A stretch of 60,353 nt of DNA, counting the filler. It is 3 parts of 3 records of this genome, joined end to end, with 100 filler letters (N's around TTAATTAATTAA, not from the genome) between each part and the next. Parts side by side here need not be neighbours in the genome. Positions count along the whole stretch, not along the records: positions 51,378 to 60,353 come from DRR723986_3301; 2 more parts are not named here. One strand, given 5' to 3'. The position numbers and the translations under genes were made by a program. This document shows, one piece after another, positions 58,652 to 60,353 of this stretch. How positions within the stretch are numbered: position 1 is the stretch's first letter; the number at the start of each line of letters is the position of its first letter. The notes under the pieces are model-generated. The model did no database searches. It was not told the DNA's origin and worked only from the letters and a program-made list of their open reading frames with translations.

Positions 58652-60353
58652 TCAACTGTTCATCGCAGCCCAAACGCGTGACGGTGACAGTGGCATATCA
58701 ATGTGGGTGATATCCTTGCCAGCCGACTGCAGCGCATCCACCACCGCATTCACCACCGATGGGGGCGAGCCAATGGCACCGGCCTCACCGCACCCTTTGA
58801 CCCCAAGCGGGTTGTGGGTACAGGGCGTTTGACAGGAATGATCCACATCGTAGAACGGCACGTCATCGGCCCGTGGCATCGCGTAATCCATATAGGAGGC
58901 GCTCAGCAACTGACCATCTGCGTCATAAACAGCCTGCTCCATCAACGCCTGACCGATGCCTTGCGCCAGACCACCATGGACCTGACCAGAAACGATCATT
59001 GGGTTGATAACATTACCGAAATCATCAGCAGCTGCAAACCGTTCAATGGTGACCTTACCCGTTTCAGGATCGACCTCTACTTCGCAAGCATAAGCGCCTG
59101 ACGGATAGGTAAAGTTCGCCGGATCATAAAACGCAGTCTCTTCGAGACCCGGTTCGATGTCCTCAAGCGGATAGTTGTGCGGCACATATGCAGCCAAGGT
59201 CACATCGCCCCAAGCCACCGATTTATCGGTCCCTGCTACGCTGAATTGACCATCTTTCAGTTCGATATCCGCATCCGACGCTTCCATCAAATGGGCCGCG
59301 ATTTTCTTGGCCTTGTTGATGATCTTTTCGGTTGCACGCACCATGGCAGACCCACAAACCGCAATTGAGCGCGATCCATATGTGCCCATGCCAAACGGGA
59401 TCTTGGAGCTGTCGCCGTGGACGATATCGATCATCCCCTCGTCGATGCCCAGCATTTCCGCCACAACTTGCGGGAAAGATGTCTCGTGACCCTGACCGTG
59501 GCTGTGCGCCCCGACCATGACCGAGATTGACCCGGTCGCGTTCACCCGCACTGTTGCCGCATCATACAGACCCGCCCGCGCTCCTAGCTGCCCAACAAGG
59601 TTAGACGGTGCAATGCCGCACGCTTCGATATAGCAATTGACGCCGAGACCACGCAATTTTCCGTTTTGTTCAGACACACTCCGCCGGGCTTTGAACCCAT
59701 CAAAATCGCCGATCTCGATCAGCTTATCCATCGTCGCGTTGTAATCGCCAGTGTCATATTCCACGGCCACAGGGGTGGCATAAGGGAATTCGGTGATAAA
59801 GTTCTGGCGACGCAGGGCGATTGGATCAACGCCCAGCTCCCGCGCGGCTTTGTCCACCACCCGCTCTAGCTGATATGTTGCTTCGGGGCGACCCGCGCCG
59901 CGATAGGCATCGACCGGAACTGTGTTGGTAAACACGGCTTTGACGTTCACGTAGACCAACGGGGTTTTATAGTTCCCCGCCATAAGTGTTCCGTGCAGCC
60001 AAGTTGGAACCGACGGTGCAAACGTTGAAAGATAAGCCCCCATGTTTGCATGCGTGTCCGTACGCACAGCAAGGAAGTTGTTATCTGCATCCAAAGCCAA
60101 TTCAATCTTGGTCACATGATCCCGACCATGGGCATCAGACATAAACGCCTCAGACCGCGACGAGGTCCATTTGACCGGGCGATTGATTGCCTTGGCCGCA
60201 AATGTACAGAATGCTTCTTCGGCGTAGTGGAAAATCTTGGTGCCAAATCCACCACCCACATCCGGGGCAACAACACGCAGCTTATGCTCTGGAATACCCA
60301 GAACAAACGCGCCCATCAGCAACCGGATCACATGCGGGTTCTGGCTGGTGGTG
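58652..60353 (-). CDS. coxL: Molybdopterin large subunit, form II CoxL-like (5' end outside the window)
   Basis: [16 protein letters not shown] (form II signature; form I is AYxCSFR), HGQGHET, GQVHGG, KGCGEAG; L-then-M order fits S-L-M. Confidence 0.9.
   Translation of the reverse strand, partial: TTSQNPHVIRLLMGAFVLGIPEHKLRVVAPDVGGGFGTKIFHYAEEAFCTFAAKAINRPVKWTSSRSEAFMSDAHGRDHVTKIELALDADNNFLAVRTDTHANMGAYLSTFAPSVPTWLHGTLMAGNYKTPLVYVNVKAVFTNTVPVDAYRGAGRPEATYQLERVVDKAARELGVDPIALRRQNFITEFPYATPVAVEYDTGDYNATMDKLIEIGDFDGFKARRSVSEQNGKLRGLGVNCYIEACGIAPSNLVGQLGARAGLYDAATVRVNATGSISVMVGAHSHGQGHETSFPQVVAEMLGIDEGMIDIVHGDSSKIPFGMGTYGSRSIAVCGSAMVRATEKIINKAKKIAAHLMEASDADIELKDGQFSVAGTDKSVAWGDVTLAAYVPHNYPLEDIEPGLEETAFYDPANFTYPSGAYACEVEVDPETGKVTIERFAAADDFGNVINPMIVSGQVHGGLAQGIGQALMEQAVYDADGQLLSASYMDYAMPRADDVPFYDVDHSCQTPCTHNPLGVKGCGEAGAIGSPPSVVNAVVDALQSAGKDITHIDMPLSPSRVWAAMNS

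Noticed and set aside
1..60353. CRISPR arrays, tRNA/rRNA genes, transposases, prophage or anti-phage defence genes
   Set aside because: None recognised by eye. A divergent ncRNA or defence gene among the hypothetical ORFs cannot be excluded without HMM/CM searches.

Overview
The window is three separate alphaproteobacterial contigs joined by two artificial 100-nt spacers (N44-TTAATTAATTAA-N44 at 28290-28389 and 51278-51377), so synteny across the spacers is meaningless. Contig 1 (1-28289) looks like a Hyphomonadaceae/Caulobacterales chromosome. It carries dnaX (partial), amn, typA (partial) and a split class Ia ribonucleotide reductase: nrdB and nrdA lie about 10.8 kb apart, each with tandem NrdR boxes. 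It also holds many envelope and accessory genes, two sigmaT/EcfG-type promoters and two disrupted genes that the ORF track missed or mis-started. Contig 2 (28390-51277) is Rhodobacteraceae-like and holds three LysR-associated uptake/catabolic modules of unknown substrate: (i) a LIV-type ABC transporter with an Asp-type acyl-CoA dehydrogenase, an MDR oxidoreductase and a CoA ligase; (ii) a polar amino-acid ABC transporter with a class III aminotransferase, a 3-oxoacid CoA-transferase and two M20 hydrolases; (iii) a BtpA-family gene with an atypical phosphoribosyltransferase and a PotD-like binding protein. Contig 3 (51378-60353) is Roseobacter-like, with an ATDA-repeat protein, infC with an ATA start, a DUF3300-DUF2950 pair, an SBP56/SELENBP1-family gene with a His-bearing membrane partner, and form II coxL-coxM. 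I saw no rRNA, tRNA, CRISPR array, transposase or phage gene. The best candidates for undescribed systems are the three orphan modules of contig 2 and the SBP56-membrane protein pair. All family and taxonomic calls come from motif recognition by eye, not from database searches.
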